Part shown: one piece after another, positions 10,560 through 20,971 of the stretch
Position numbering within the stretch: the first letter of the stretch is position 1
Layout: every line of letters starts with the position of its first letter
Virus record (IMG/VR): IMGVR_UViG_3300042261_001312
Location: 124,001 to 188,000 of that record
Direction: 5' to 3' (one strand)
Length of the DNA stretch: 64,000 nt
Position numbers and translations under genes: made by a program
Notes under the pieces: model-generated
Told to the model about the DNA's origin: nothing
The model's input: only the letters and a program-made list of their open reading frames with translations
Databases searched by the model: none

Positions 10560-11178
10560 TAAAATTGATGATGGATTACCAGTTAGCATTATTGTACCAT
10601 TAAGCAAAAGCAGAAGAGATTTCTTTGAGAATATGGTATTGCCATTAATTGAAGCAAATAATGTGAATGAAATCATTATAAACGATGATGATGGTCGTGC
10701 ACCTAAGAAAAGAAACGATGGGTTTAAAAAATCAACACAACCTTTTCTTTTTTTCTGTGATGATGATATTCTGCTTCCAGCAAATTACATTAATTCATTA
10801 TATGATGTTTTGATGAAGAATCCAGATGTTGGATTTGCCTACACTGGTTATCATGGAATTGTTCTACATCCTGAAACACATCCAATGCGAGGAAATTTTC
10901 AGATACCAAATATTGAATTTAATAAAAATGCATTGAGATATGGAAATTATATTTCAACTATGACATTGGTTCGCAGAGAATTATTTCCAATGTTTGACGA
11001 AAATCTGAAGAGATTACAAGATTGGGATGTTTGGTTAACTATTGTAAAAAATGGTGGTAAAGGTATTTTAGTTCCAAACCAAACATTTTATGCATACTAT
11101 TTAGATTCAGGTATTACGTCTAATGACAACAGTGAAATTGATGCCTTAAACGCAATAAGAATTAAACACAACATATAG
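10546..11178 (+). CDS. GT2 glycosyltransferase
   Basis: VSIIVP, KRNDG, FFCDDDI (DxD) and LQDWDVWL motifs. Confidence 0.85.
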   Translation: MINIDKIDDGLPVSIIVPLSKSRRDFFENMVLPLIEANNVNEIIINDDDGRAPKKRNDGFKKSTQPFLFFCDDDILLPANYINSLYDVLMKNPDVGFAYTGYHGIVLHPETHPMRGNFQIPNIEFNKNALRYGNYISTMTLVRRELFPMFDENLKRLQDWDVWLTIVKNGGKGILVPNQTFYAYYLDSGITSNDNSEIDALNAIRIKHNI

Positions 11179-11286
11179 TATTTAGGTTAAAATGAAAAAG
11201 AATAATATTGATATTAAATCTTCAATAAAGAAAAAATTGAGAAATTTCAAGAAAGTGCTTCACATTTAAATGAGATAAAAAATAAA

Positions 11287-12405
11287 ATGAATGATAGGGA
11301 ATATAGAAGAAGTGGAAATTTTGATGTTTTACATGACGTTAAATCATTAACACGTGATGAAAGAAGGACATCGGGTGGACTAGCAACTGAAAAACAAATT
11401 GAATTAGATACAACCAAAACAACAGATTCACAATTACAGAACAATTCATTAGATTTAACGCCAGATGAAAGAAGACATTTAAGTGACAAACAAAATAATA
11501 AAGTACTTACTCCTCCGCCAACAAAATCAATTTTTGATTCACAATCACAGATTCGCAGCGAGAGAAGAAATACTGGAAGTAATGTAACATTACCATCCGC
11601 AGTAAATTTAACACGTGATGAAAGAAGGACAATATCAAATGATAGACCATATGATGTTCCAACTAGTTCTGGATATAAGCGAAAAGTATTTGTTGATTAT
11701 GATGTAGTAATTTGCATACCATCATTTAATAGATATAAAAAAGTCAAAAGATTAATTTCACAATTTTATACACAACCGACAAAATACAGATTTAAAATAA
11801 TTTTATTGAATGATGGTTCTGATGATAAACAATATGATAACTTAGTTAATGAATTTCCTAAAATAATTTATTTAAAAAATGAAAAACCAAATGGTAAAGT
11901 ATTACATTGGTTTTGTTATAATCAAATGTGGAATTATATTAAAAATATTGAATGTTATACTGTATTACAAATGGATGATGATTTTATCATATCAAGTCAT
12001 TTTTTAAATACAATTCTTGATCTATATTTTGAGAAAAAAGAAGAAAATAATTCAATATTGGCAATTTCTCCTCACCTGTGGTCATTTAAGAAAAAATCTG
12101 ATTTTGAAAGTTGGTGGGGTAGAAAAGATTTTATTGATGGAATTGCATTGATTGACATAGAATTAATTAAATCAATGAATTATGAAATGAAGCCAGTTAA
12201 TGCGACTGAAATCGCTAAAGCAGGTTCATCTGCACAAGCATGGTCACAAGTTGCAAAACAAGTAAAAAATGATAAAGGTATTATATTTAGAACATCAAAT
12301 TCATTGGTATATCACGACGGCAACGACGAATCAAAATTACATGGTGAATATAGAAAAAATAATAATCATGGTGTTTATACACAAAAATATATTGAAAAAC
12401 TATGA
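11287..12405 (+). CDS. GT2 glycosyltransferase with N-terminal repetitive low-complexity extension
   Basis: VVICIPSFNR, LLNDGSDD and LQMDDDF motifs; N-terminal LT(R/P)DERR repeats. True start may be ATG 11192 via an A-run frameshift. Confidence 0.75.
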   Translation: MNDREYRRSGNFDVLHDVKSLTRDERRTSGGLATEKQIELDTTKTTDSQLQNNSLDLTPDERRHLSDKQNNKVLTPPPTKSIFDSQSQIRSERRNTGSNVTLPSAVNLTRDERRTISNDRPYDVPTSSGYKRKVFVDYDVVICIPSFNRYKKVKRLISQFYTQPTKYRFKIILLNDGSDDKQYDNLVNEFPKIIYLKNEKPNGKVLHWFCYNQMWNYIKNIECYTVLQMDDDFIISSHFLNTILDLYFEKKEENNSILAISPHLWSFKKKSDFESWWGRKDFIDGIALIDIELIKSMNYEMKPVNATEIAKAGSSAQAWSQVAKQVKNDKGIIFRTSNSLVYHDGNDESKLHGEYRKNNNHGVYTQKYIEKL

Positions 12406-13136
12406 TAAGCGTAATTTTAAATGTTTATAGAAGACCCCACATGCTCGAAAGGCAGATTGAAGCAATTAAAAATCAATCAATTCCAGTAAAAAGCGAGAAT
12501 ATTCACGTCTGGTATAATAAAACTGACGTAGCACAATATTTTCCACAAGATTCAAAAATTAATACGTATTCATGTAATTGGAATACTAAATTTTGGGGTA
12601 GATTTACAGTACCTCTTTTAGTTAAAACACCATTTGTTGCCATGTTTGATGATGATATAATTCCTCAAAAAGACTGGCTTAAAAATTGTATGAATATTAT
12701 TGAAAATCCAGAATCTAATGGTATTTTGGGTGGAAGTGGAGTTATTTTTAAAAATAAATCATATATTCCTTTTGATAAAATTGGGTGGAATGGTCAACAC
12801 TTAAACACAACTAAAAGGGTTGATTTAGTGGGACATGCTTGGTTTTTCAGGCAGGAATGGATTAAATATATTTGGTATGAAAAACCATTTACATGGGAAA
12901 ATGGAGAGGACATGATGTTTTCTTTTCTTGCACAAAAATATGGTGGGATTAATACGTTTGTCCCGCCACATCCCGAAAGCAATAAAAATCTGTGGAGTTG
13001 TGATTTTAGAATCGGACTTGAGGTAGGTAATGATGCAAATGCTTCATGGTTAAAAAATACCCATTATGGTCAACGAGACGATATTGCAGCACATTTTATT
13101 AATAATGGATGGAAAACAGTAAATAACATAAAATAA
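12402..13136 (+). CDS. GT-A fold glycosyltransferase
   Basis: MISVILNVYRR, VAMFDDDIIP and GEDMMFS motifs. Confidence 0.8.
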   Translation: MISVILNVYRRPHMLERQIEAIKNQSIPVKSENIHVWYNKTDVAQYFPQDSKINTYSCNWNTKFWGRFTVPLLVKTPFVAMFDDDIIPQKDWLKNCMNIIENPESNGILGGSGVIFKNKSYIPFDKIGWNGQHLNTTKRVDLVGHAWFFRQEWIKYIWYEKPFTWENGEDMMFSFLAQKYGGINTFVPPHPESNKNLWSCDFRIGLEVGNDANASWLKNTHYGQRDDIAAHFINNGWKTVNNIK

Positions 13137-13145
13137 CAAATAAAT

Positions 13146-13874
13146 ATGAAAGACTTTAAACAAGACTTTGCAAAATTCGAAAAGATGATTAAAAATCATG
13201 AGCCATTTGCTATATCTAGAAATAACGATGGTGAAATGATAATTCTTTTCGACGAATTCATTGATTTAAGAAAAAAATTAAATGGTGAATTCATCTACGA
13301 CCCCAAACAAGAACAACACAAATTTTTCAGAGAAAAATTGTTGCAATCTGCACAACATAAAGCAGATAATTATTATGTTGGCATCGCTTGCAGATGTTGT
13401 GTTGGTGATGAAAAGCACAATAGATTAAAAAAATTAACTGGTCTTGATGATGACCATTTAACATGGGGAAATATTTTTGTTAATTCAAATTATCCACCTT
13501 ATGTTGAACGCATTATTCCTTTATTTAGTGATTATAAGGTAGTTATGGTCATTAATCACAAGGCAATTACATATGATTTACCATTTAGAGACAATATTGT
13601 CAAAACATTTAATGTTGGAACTAATGCTTGGATGGAAAATTATTCATTGGTAAATGATATGAAAAAGTACATTGAAGAAAATAATATAGAAGATCACATG
13701 TTTTTATTTTGTGCAGGACCGTTTTCAAACATCCTGATTCATGAATGTTTTAAATCATCGCCCAAAAATACGTATTTAGACGTTGGCTCTACACTGGATG
13801 ATATGATGAGTTTAGGTGCAACAAGAGGGTATTTACGTGGTGCGGACACATTAAAAAAAGTATGTATTTGGTAA
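13146..13874 (+). CDS. GT-D/DUF1792-like glycosyltransferase-related protein
   Basis: FAISRNNDGE N-terminus and LFCAGP...YLDVGSTLD C-terminus resemble the GT-D fold; located in the glycan island. Confidence 0.5.
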   Translation: MKDFKQDFAKFEKMIKNHEPFAISRNNDGEMIILFDEFIDLRKKLNGEFIYDPKQEQHKFFREKLLQSAQHKADNYYVGIACRCCVGDEKHNRLKKLTGLDDDHLTWGNIFVNSNYPPYVERIIPLFSDYKVVMVINHKAITYDLPFRDNIVKTFNVGTNAWMENYSLVNDMKKYIEENNIEDHMFLFCAGPFSNILIHECFKSSPKNTYLDVGSTLDDMMSLGATRGYLRGADTLKKVCIW

Positions 13875-13875
13875 T

Positions 13876-14301
13876 ATGGAAATTATTTATTCTAATGTAA
13901 TTGAGAGAAAGGTTCTTCACATGATAAAAAGATTATCAGAAATTGAAGAACAGGATGTCGATAGAGTTGATATCGTAAATCCCGACAACTTTATTCAATG
14001 TTCAGCATTGAAGATGCAAAGTGGAAAAACATTTAGACCACATAAACACATTTATAAGCACAGAGAATATCCAAGACAAATTGCACAAGAATCTTGGATT
14101 GTTATAAGAGGTTCAGTAAAATGCGTTTTCTATGATTTGGATGATACAATAATAGCCGAACCAATATTATATGCAGGTGACGCATCATTTACTCTGTATG
14201 GAGGTCATACGTATGAGATACTTGAGGATGATACTATTGTGTATGAATATAAAACAGGTCCTTACGAAGGTCAGGAATATGATAAAGTATTTCTAACATG
14301 A
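13876..14301 (+). CDS. Cupin-fold sugar-modifying protein (WbuC-like)
   Basis: FRPHKH...QESWIVIRG...GGHTYE...EYKTGPY cupin His/Glu motifs. Confidence 0.7.
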   Translation: MEIIYSNVIERKVLHMIKRLSEIEEQDVDRVDIVNPDNFIQCSALKMQSGKTFRPHKHIYKHREYPRQIAQESWIVIRGSVKCVFYDLDDTIIAEPILYAGDASFTLYGGHTYEILEDDTIVYEYKTGPYEGQEYDKVFLT

Positions 14302-14822
14302 TAAAAGGTGATGATGTTTTAATTGATGAATTTGTTCGTATAAAACGACCAGAATTGGTAAAAATTGGCAATCATGTTGCTATCGATTTTGGTTTTTATT
14401 GCACAACTTCTTTAGAAATAGGTGATTATGTTCACATATCACCATATGTTACCTGTATTGGTGGAAAAGACGGCAAGTTGATCGTTAGTGGATTTAATAA
14501 TATAATGGCAGGTGCTAGAATTATTTGTTGTTCGGATAGATTCGATGATAGTGGATTGTTTGGTGCAATGATACCTTCTGAATTTAAAGGAAAACAAATA
14601 ATTGGAACGGTTATTATGGAAGAGTTTTCAAATATCGGGACAAATGCAATTGTATTACCTAATTCGAGATTACGAAAAGGTGTTTTGTTAACCGCAGGTA
14701 GTTTATTAATGGGTGACACAGAAGAATGGGGTGTTTATAAAGGAAATCCAGCAGTTTTAATTAAAAAAATTGATGGAAGTAAAATAATGGAAAATGCTAA
14801 ATTATTAAGAAATGGGATTTGA
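14298..14822 (+). CDS. Hexapeptide-repeat (left-handed beta-helix) acetyltransferase
   Basis: KIGNHVAID, EIGDYVHIS, IGTNAIVLP and YKGNPAV repeats. Confidence 0.8.
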   Translation: MIKGDDVLIDEFVRIKRPELVKIGNHVAIDFGFYCTTSLEIGDYVHISPYVTCIGGKDGKLIVSGFNNIMAGARIICCSDRFDDSGLFGAMIPSEFKGKQIIGTVIMEEFSNIGTNAIVLPNSRLRKGVLLTAGSLLMGDTEEWGVYKGNPAVLIKKIDGSKIMENAKLLRNGI

Positions 14823-15405
14823 AGTAATCGGTGCTTTTGAAGAAAAATTGGCTAAATTTTTTGGTAGTCCTTATGCTGTTGCAGTTGATTCATGTACACA
14901 TGGTGTTGAACTATGTTTACGATACACAAATGCAAAAAGCATAACAGTTCCAAAACGTACATATCTATCGATACCTTTTTTATCACATAAATTAGGGATT
15001 GAATTAATTTGGAAAGATGAAAATTGGTTAGATTACTATTATCTGACTGAAAATGTAATTGATGCAGCAGTATTGTGGAAAAAGAATAGTTACATTCCAA
15101 ATACTTTTATGTCAATTAGTTTTCAATATCAAAAGCATCTTAGTCTTGGACGTGGTGGTGTTATATTGACAGACAATAAAGAAGCAGCCATTCAGTTGAA
15201 AAAAATGTCATATGATGGTAGAATACCATTAATTCCTTGGCGTGAACAAAATATTGATACTATTGGATATCACTATTATATGACACCAGAAACCGCTGAA
15301 AACGGATTAAATAAATTAGACAAAGCAATTCAAACAGAACCAAGACAATGGGTTGTTACTGATTGGGTTGATTTAACACAAATGAAAATATTTAAAAATG
15401 AGTAA
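14812..15405 (+). CDS. Short DegT/DnrJ/EryC1/StrS-type sugar aminotransferase
   Basis: FEEKLAKFFG..YAVAVDSCTHG, DAA and SFQYQKHL.LGRGG (PLP lysine) motifs; only 197 aa. Confidence 0.75.
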   Translation: MGFEVIGAFEEKLAKFFGSPYAVAVDSCTHGVELCLRYTNAKSITVPKRTYLSIPFLSHKLGIELIWKDENWLDYYYLTENVIDAAVLWKKNSYIPNTFMSISFQYQKHLSLGRGGVILTDNKEAAIQLKKMSYDGRIPLIPWREQNIDTIGYHYYMTPETAENGLNKLDKAIQTEPRQWVVTDWVDLTQMKIFKNE

Positions 15406-16387
15406 GAGAGCATTAATCACAGGAATTTCTGGTCAAGATGGGAGTTATCTTGCAGAATATTTATTAAGTCTTGGTTATGAAGTACATGGAATAATCAGAA
15501 GAAATTCCGTTGCTGAAAATCAACAATATCGTGTTGACGATATAAGGGATAAATTACACATACATTATGGAGATTTACTAGACCAAACTTCATTGGAAAA
15601 GATATTAACACTTGTTAAACCTGATGAAATTTATAATCTAGCAGCACAAAGTCATGTTAGAATCAGTTTTGATATCCCGCAATTTACCGTGCAAACAAAT
15701 GCATTGGGAGTTATTAATATGTTGGAAGCATACAAACGATTATGTCCCGAAGCCAGATTTTATCAGGCGAGTTCATCAGAAATGTTTGGATTGAGTGTTG
15801 AAAGTGATAATTTTCAGAGAGAAACAACAGTAATGAATCCAGTATCGCCATATGGCTGTGCAAAGGTTTTTGGTTACAACGTAGTTAGACACTATAGAAG
15901 GGGATATGGATTGCATGCATGTAATGGAATTTTGTTCAATCATGAATCTCCAAGACGTGGAAGTAATTTTGTTACAAGTAAAGTTGTAAAAAATGCATGC
16001 ATGATTAAATTAGGTATGTTGGATAAACTTGAACTTGGCAACATGGATTCATATAGAGATTGGGGTCATTCAAAAGATTATGTAAAAGCAATGCATGTGA
16101 TTGTTAATCATGATGTTGCTGATGATTTTGTTGTTAGTACTATGGAAACACGTTCAGTTAGGGATATGTGTGACGTGGTATTTACACACTTGGGTCTTGA
16201 TTATCGTGATTATGTAACACAAAATCCAAAATTTTTAAGACCAGAAGAACTTCCTTATTTGAAAGGAGATTCAACAAAAATAAGAACAACTCTTGGTTGG
16301 AAACCAACATATACATTTGAAGAAATGATGTATGAAATGACTGACCATTGGCTTGATATATTGCAAGGCAAAAAATCATCAAGATGA
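15398..16387 (+). CDS. gmd: GDP-mannose 4,6-dehydratase
   Basis: ALITGISGQDGSYLAE, YNLAAQSHV, YQASSSEMFG, PVSPYGCAK, GILFNHESPRRG and RDWGH.KDYV motifs. Confidence 0.95.
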   Translation: MSKRALITGISGQDGSYLAEYLLSLGYEVHGIIRRNSVAENQQYRVDDIRDKLHIHYGDLLDQTSLEKILTLVKPDEIYNLAAQSHVRISFDIPQFTVQTNALGVINMLEAYKRLCPEARFYQASSSEMFGLSVESDNFQRETTVMNPVSPYGCAKVFGYNVVRHYRRGYGLHACNGILFNHESPRRGSNFVTSKVVKNACMIKLGMLDKLELGNMDSYRDWGHSKDYVKAMHVIVNHDVADDFVVSTMETRSVRDMCDVVFTHLGLDYRDYVTQNPKFLRPEELPYLKGDSTKIRTTLGWKPTYTFEEMMYEMTDHWLDILQGKKSSR

Positions 16388-17088
16388 AAATAATCATTCC
16401 AACATGTGATGCATATCTCAATATAATTCAAGCCAATAAGTATACAATGGATAAATTTAATGGCAAAGAATTGGATGTTGTTGTATTAGGTTATAAAAAA
16501 CCAGATTTTGACATGGGAAACTGGAAGTTTGTTAGTCTTGGTCAAGATACTGGGGCAAAAAATTTTACCAATGACCTTTGGAAATTTTTTGAAAATTTTG
16601 ATGATGAATTTTTTATTTATGGTAATGATGATATCGTGGCTGTTGATAATTTGGATTTGTCATTGTTAAATGATATGGAAAATGTCATGAAAACAGACCC
16701 AAATGTCATGAAAATTTGTGTAACTTCTGCAGCACAAAAGAATTATAAAAACCCGATAATATATAAAGATAATGGTGATTTTCAATACATTGCATTGCAA
16801 CAAGATGCGGAATACAGACTATCACTTCATTACGGCATTTGGAGAACATCATATTTTAAAAAATATTTTCAATTAGGCATTAGTCCTTGGGATTGGGAAT
16901 TAAGAAATGTTGCAAAAAATGATGGTGCAATTATTTTAGGTACGATTGGAAGATATTTTTTGGATTTCGGTCATATTTTACGCAGAGGTGGTAGAGTTAC
17001 CGATAATTGGTATATGTCGGAATATACAAAGAAACAATTATCTGCTTCTGATATTAATTACATAACTAATATAATACGAAAATTATGA
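16384..17088 (+). CDS. Putative glycosyltransferase-like protein
   Basis: IIIPTCDAY, YGNDDI, SLHYGIWR and SPWDWE motifs; translationally coupled within the glycan operon. Confidence 0.5.
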   Translation: MKIIIPTCDAYLNIIQANKYTMDKFNGKELDVVVLGYKKPDFDMGNWKFVSLGQDTGAKNFTNDLWKFFENFDDEFFIYGNDDIVAVDNLDLSLLNDMENVMKTDPNVMKICVTSAAQKNYKNPIIYKDNGDFQYIALQQDAEYRLSLHYGIWRTSYFKKYFQLGISPWDWELRNVAKNDGAIILGTIGRYFLDFGHILRRGGRVTDNWYMSEYTKKQLSASDINYITNIIRKL

Positions 17089-17738
17089 GTATAAAATTTG
17101 ATGATGGTGCTGATTGGTTGCAAAAGCGACTAGACGGTGTTGCGAGTGGATACAGCGTTCCAGATTATTTCAATGGCGATGGTATTTGTATAGATATTGG
17201 AGCAAATGTGGGCGCATTTCCATTAGTATACGGAAATATGTTTAGTAAAGTTTTTTGTTACGAACCTGCATTATATACATATAACGAATGTGTGAAAAAT
17301 GTAAAGGATTTAAAAAATGTTAGTGTTTATAATTTGGCAGTTACAAATGAAAGCAATAAGACAGTTAAATTAAAATCGCACAAAAGTGGTAATGTTTCTG
17401 GTAATGCATCTATTTTAGATTCTGTAGAATGGGATGAAAATAATTATGAATACGTAAAAACCATTTCATTGGCAGAGGTGATCGAAAACGCTAAGATAAA
17501 AGGTGTAAAGAATTATGTGAAAATAGATACAGAAGGTTCTGAATATGATATGTTGCGAAGTTGTGATATATCAATGATTGATTTTTTAGCGGTTGAAATA
17601 CATCTTCAGTTAGGTGTTAGAAAAATAAATGAATTATTTGTGTATTTGTCTGAGAATTTTAGAATTTATCATGAAGTTGGTGGTGGTAATAAACACCATG
17701 AGATAATATATATTAATAGAAAATTAAATTTAGCATAA
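17085..17738 (+). CDS. FkbM-family SAM methyltransferase
   Basis: IDIGANVG, YEP and VKIDTEGSEY motifs. Confidence 0.85.
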   Translation: MSIKFDDGADWLQKRLDGVASGYSVPDYFNGDGICIDIGANVGAFPLVYGNMFSKVFCYEPALYTYNECVKNVKDLKNVSVYNLAVTNESNKTVKLKSHKSGNVSGNASILDSVEWDENNYEYVKTISLAEVIENAKIKGVKNYVKIDTEGSEYDMLRSCDISMIDFLAVEIHLQLGVRKINELFVYLSENFRIYHEVGGGNKHHEIIYINRKLNLA

Positions 17739-17739
17739 T

Positions 17740-18756
17740 ATGCAATTACTTATTTCATATGGTACTCGTCCTGAATATATAAAAATAAAACCAATATTAG
17801 ACGTATTGACAGAAGAAGGCATTGAATATTTGACATTATTCACAGGACAACATCAGGATTTGTTAAAAGAACATACCCCAACAAAAACATTAAACATTAA
17901 AAGTGAAGAGTTAAACAAAAATAGATTGGATAATATTGTCTCTTCAATATTAAGCGATAATGTATTTGATTTTAATGGCATAAGACCTTCACATGTAATG
18001 GTGATGGGCGATACTACTTCAGCAATGGCAGTTGCATTAAGTGCATTTCATAATGGAATAAAAGTTATTCATCTCGAAGCAGGTTTGAGGACGTATGATA
18101 ATGAAAATCCGTATCCCGAAGAAGCAAATAGGCGAATAATATCGGCAATTTCTGATATTAATTTATGTCCAACAGATCACACCAGACTTAATTTGATAAA
18201 TGAAAATTTTACAAAAAATATATTCGTTGTTGGAAACACCGTGATCGATAATCTTTTACCTTATAAGGATAAATGTGCATATACGGATAAAATATTAATT
18301 ACGTTACACAGACGTGAAAATCATCATTGGTTAGATAAATGGTTTGTTGAAATTGATAAACTTGCCGAAGAAAATCCACAATTTGATTTTGTTCTACCAA
18401 TACATCCGAATCCAAATGTACAAAAACACAAACATTTATTAAAACATGTAAATGTAATTGATCCACTGCCTTATGAAGATATGCTTGAACTATTGGTTAA
18501 AACAAGATTGGTTATTACTGATAGTGGGGGATTACAGGAAGAATGTAGTTTTTTCAATAAAAAATGTTTAACTTGCAGAATTGTTACTGAGAGACCAGAA
18601 GCAATTGGAACAAGTACGTTTATGGTTAAAAGTCCAGACGCATTAAGTGATGTATTTAATGAACACATTGATAATTATGTGATTAACTATAAATCACCAT
18701 TTGGAGATGGTTATGCAGCAATAAAAATAATTGCAATTCTTAAAAATATAATATGA
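17740..18756 (+). CDS. wecB: UDP-N-acetylglucosamine 2-epimerase (non-hydrolysing)
   Basis: GTRPEYIK, TGQH, GDTTSA, HLEAGLR, PEEANR, TLHRREN and DSGGLQEE motifs. Confidence 0.93.
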   Translation: MQLLISYGTRPEYIKIKPILDVLTEEGIEYLTLFTGQHQDLLKEHTPTKTLNIKSEELNKNRLDNIVSSILSDNVFDFNGIRPSHVMVMGDTTSAMAVALSAFHNGIKVIHLEAGLRTYDNENPYPEEANRRIISAISDINLCPTDHTRLNLINENFTKNIFVVGNTVIDNLLPYKDKCAYTDKILITLHRRENHHWLDKWFVEIDKLAEENPQFDFVLPIHPNPNVQKHKHLLKHVNVIDPLPYEDMLELLVKTRLVITDSGGLQEECSFFNKKCLTCRIVTERPEAIGTSTFMVKSPDALSDVFNEHIDNYVINYKSPFGDGYAAIKIIAILKNII

Positions 18757-19532
18757 AAAAAGTATTAGTTATTGGCGATGGATGTCAAGATATTTTCAGG
18801 TATGGTACATGCGATAGATTATGTCCAGAAGCACCAGTTCCAGTATTTGTACCAACCAGATTTGTAATTAATGGTGGAATGGTAATTAATGTCTATGAAA
18901 ATCTCAAAGCATTGGGTGTTAATTGTGATATAGTTACCAATGATGATAGACCGATAAAAACCAGATACGTTGATGAAGTTTCGAACCAAATGATATTACG
19001 AGTGGATGAAAAGGACAGAATTAAACGTATTGGTAAAAAAGATTTAAAACTGATTGATTTTAGCAAATACTATGCAATCGTTATTAGTGACTATAATAAA
19101 GGATTCTTAGAAGAGGAAGATATTAAATATATTACTGACAATCATAATTTGACATTTGTTGACAGTAAAAAGAATTTTAATTTTAGTTGGAGCGATAATA
19201 TTAAATACATTAAGATCAACGAAAAAGAATTCAATGCAAATAAAGAATATCTCACAAATCGATATAAAAATAACTTGATTGTTACTGTTGGAAAAAATGG
19301 TGCTATTTTAAATAATAAAGACCATTTTAAACTTGAACATAAAACAGATGTCAAAGATTTGTGTGGTGCTGGTGATACATTTTTTGCCGCATTAGTTGCA
19401 GATTTCATAAAAAATGATAATATTTGCACAGCAATAACGTTTGCAAATAAATGCGCATCTTGGGCAGTTTCACAGAAAGGTGTTACTGTGATAGATGCAT
19501 CAAAAGTTTGTGATGATGGTAATTTATGTTGA
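18753..19532 (+). CDS. HldE/RfaE domain I-like heptose-7-phosphate kinase (PfkB family)
   Basis: VLVIGD...DRLCPEAPVPV, ISDYNKG, KINEKE and DLCGAGDTF motifs. Confidence 0.85.
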   Translation: MKKVLVIGDGCQDIFRYGTCDRLCPEAPVPVFVPTRFVINGGMVINVYENLKALGVNCDIVTNDDRPIKTRYVDEVSNQMILRVDEKDRIKRIGKKDLKLIDFSKYYAIVISDYNKGFLEEEDIKYITDNHNLTFVDSKKNFNFSWSDNIKYIKINEKEFNANKEYLTNRYKNNLIVTVGKNGAILNNKDHFKLEHKTDVKDLCGAGDTFFAALVADFIKNDNICTAITFANKCASWAVSQKGVTVIDASKVCDDGNLC

Positions 19533-19803
19533 CATTGACGGAACAATATGTAATTCAGATGATGGATATGTAAACGCACAGCCAATATTTGAAAACATTG
19601 CCAAAATTAATAAATTATATGATGAAGGAAATACAATCGTATACTGGACTGCAAGAGGTAGAGCAAGTGGTACTGATTGGACAGAATTGACAAATGAGCA
19701 ACTAATTAAATGGAATTGCAAGTTTAACAAGTTAATAATGAATGAAAAACCAAGTTATGACTTGCTGATTTGCGATAAGAGTAAAAGAATTGAGGAAATA
19801 TGA
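19513..19803 (+). CDS. Small HAD-family phosphatase
   Basis: YVDIDGTIC, YWTARG, EKPSYD..ICDK motifs. Start taken at ATG 19513 (track 19495). Confidence 0.75.
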   Translation: MMVIYVDIDGTICNSDDGYVNAQPIFENIAKINKLYDEGNTIVYWTARGRASGTDWTELTNEQLIKWNCKFNKLIMNEKPSYDLLICDKSKRIEEI

Positions 19804-20297
19804 CTAATAAAGTAATATATAATTTCGAAACAGAGAAGGAAGAGATTTCTCAATTACTTTATGAATTGAGGGATAAGAAAATAATATTCACTAATGGATG
19901 TTTTGATCTAATTCATACAAATCATATTAATTTACTGAGTAAATCAAAAGATTTGGGCGATGTTTTAATTGTTGGTGTAAATTCAGATCATTCAGTTAAA
20001 TTACTTAAAGGTGATGATAGACCAATTGTTTCTGAAAGTAGTAGGGTATATACGTTAAGTGGTTTACGTTCGGTTGATTACATAATTCTTTTTGATGATT
20101 ATAGTGTAGATTCATTAGTACGATTTATCAAGCCAGATATTATAACAAAAGGGGGTGATTATACTGTTGACCAACTTGATAATGTTGGTGGTACATTTAT
20201 GAAAGAATCTGGTGGAAAAACGATAATAATTTCAAATAGAGAAGAAATGTCAACAAGCGATTTGATTAGTAAAATTTTAAAAATTTATAATAAATGA
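19800..20297 (+). CDS. HldE/RfaE domain II-like heptose-1-phosphate nucleotidyltransferase
   Basis: IIFTNGCFDLIH, LIVGVNSD.SVK.LKG..RP, KGGDY and STSDLI motifs. Confidence 0.9.
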   Translation: MTNKVIYNFETEKEEISQLLYELRDKKIIFTNGCFDLIHTNHINLLSKSKDLGDVLIVGVNSDHSVKLLKGDDRPIVSESSRVYTLSGLRSVDYIILFDDYSVDSLVRFIKPDIITKGGDYTVDQLDNVGGTFMKESGGKTIIISNREEMSTSDLISKILKIYNK

Positions 20298-20932
20298 AAA
20301 TTGCAAACATTGTTTATGAAGATCAGTTAGTTAATCATACTAATGTGGAATTTGTTAATTATTACAATAAACAAATTGAATATGATAAACTTGACAAGAC
20401 GTTGCCAACGCTATATGTTGGTTGGTCTTTCATGAAGGCGTGTAATCCCGATAATGAAATAATTCAAAATGCTAATATTCTGCACAAAAAGATTATTGGA
20501 AATGAATTATATTGGGAATGTAGTTTTGATGAAAGTAAGGCATCACACGTTAAAGGTGTTGAGAATTTCATAAACTCTGTACCACAATTTTATTTCAGTT
20601 CTAAATATCAGTACATAAATTTAGACCCAGTGTTCTTTCAATTGAAAGACATTGATGATTTAATGGATGTAGTGCCCAAAAATATTGATGTTATGTATAA
20701 TTTCAAAAATGAAATGATATACATATTGTCAGCAGAAAATAAAATAACAGGAATTAACTTAAATACGTATAATTTTTTTCAATTTGATGTTAATAAGATT
20801 ATCGAAAGAATTTCTGAAAGAACCAATACAATACACACTGATTTAAATGGCGAAATTTACGAATATTACTATAAAATTTTGCCTAATTTTCCACAACTTA
20901 AAAGATATATAGTCACATTATTGACAAAATGA
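20294..20932 (+). CDS. Hypothetical protein
   Basis: 212-aa ORF coupled to the upstream gene; no motif recognised. Confidence 0.7.
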   Translation: MKIANIVYEDQLVNHTNVEFVNYYNKQIEYDKLDKTLPTLYVGWSFMKACNPDNEIIQNANILHKKIIGNELYWECSFDESKASHVKGVENFINSVPQFYFSSKYQYINLDPVFFQLKDIDDLMDVVPKNIDVMYNFKNEMIYILSAENKITGINLNTYNFFQFDVNKIIERISERTNTIHTDLNGEIYEYYYKILPNFPQLKRYIVTLLTK

Positions 20933-20971
20933 ATGTTAGATAGTATTTATGTAAAAACAAACATAAATGCT

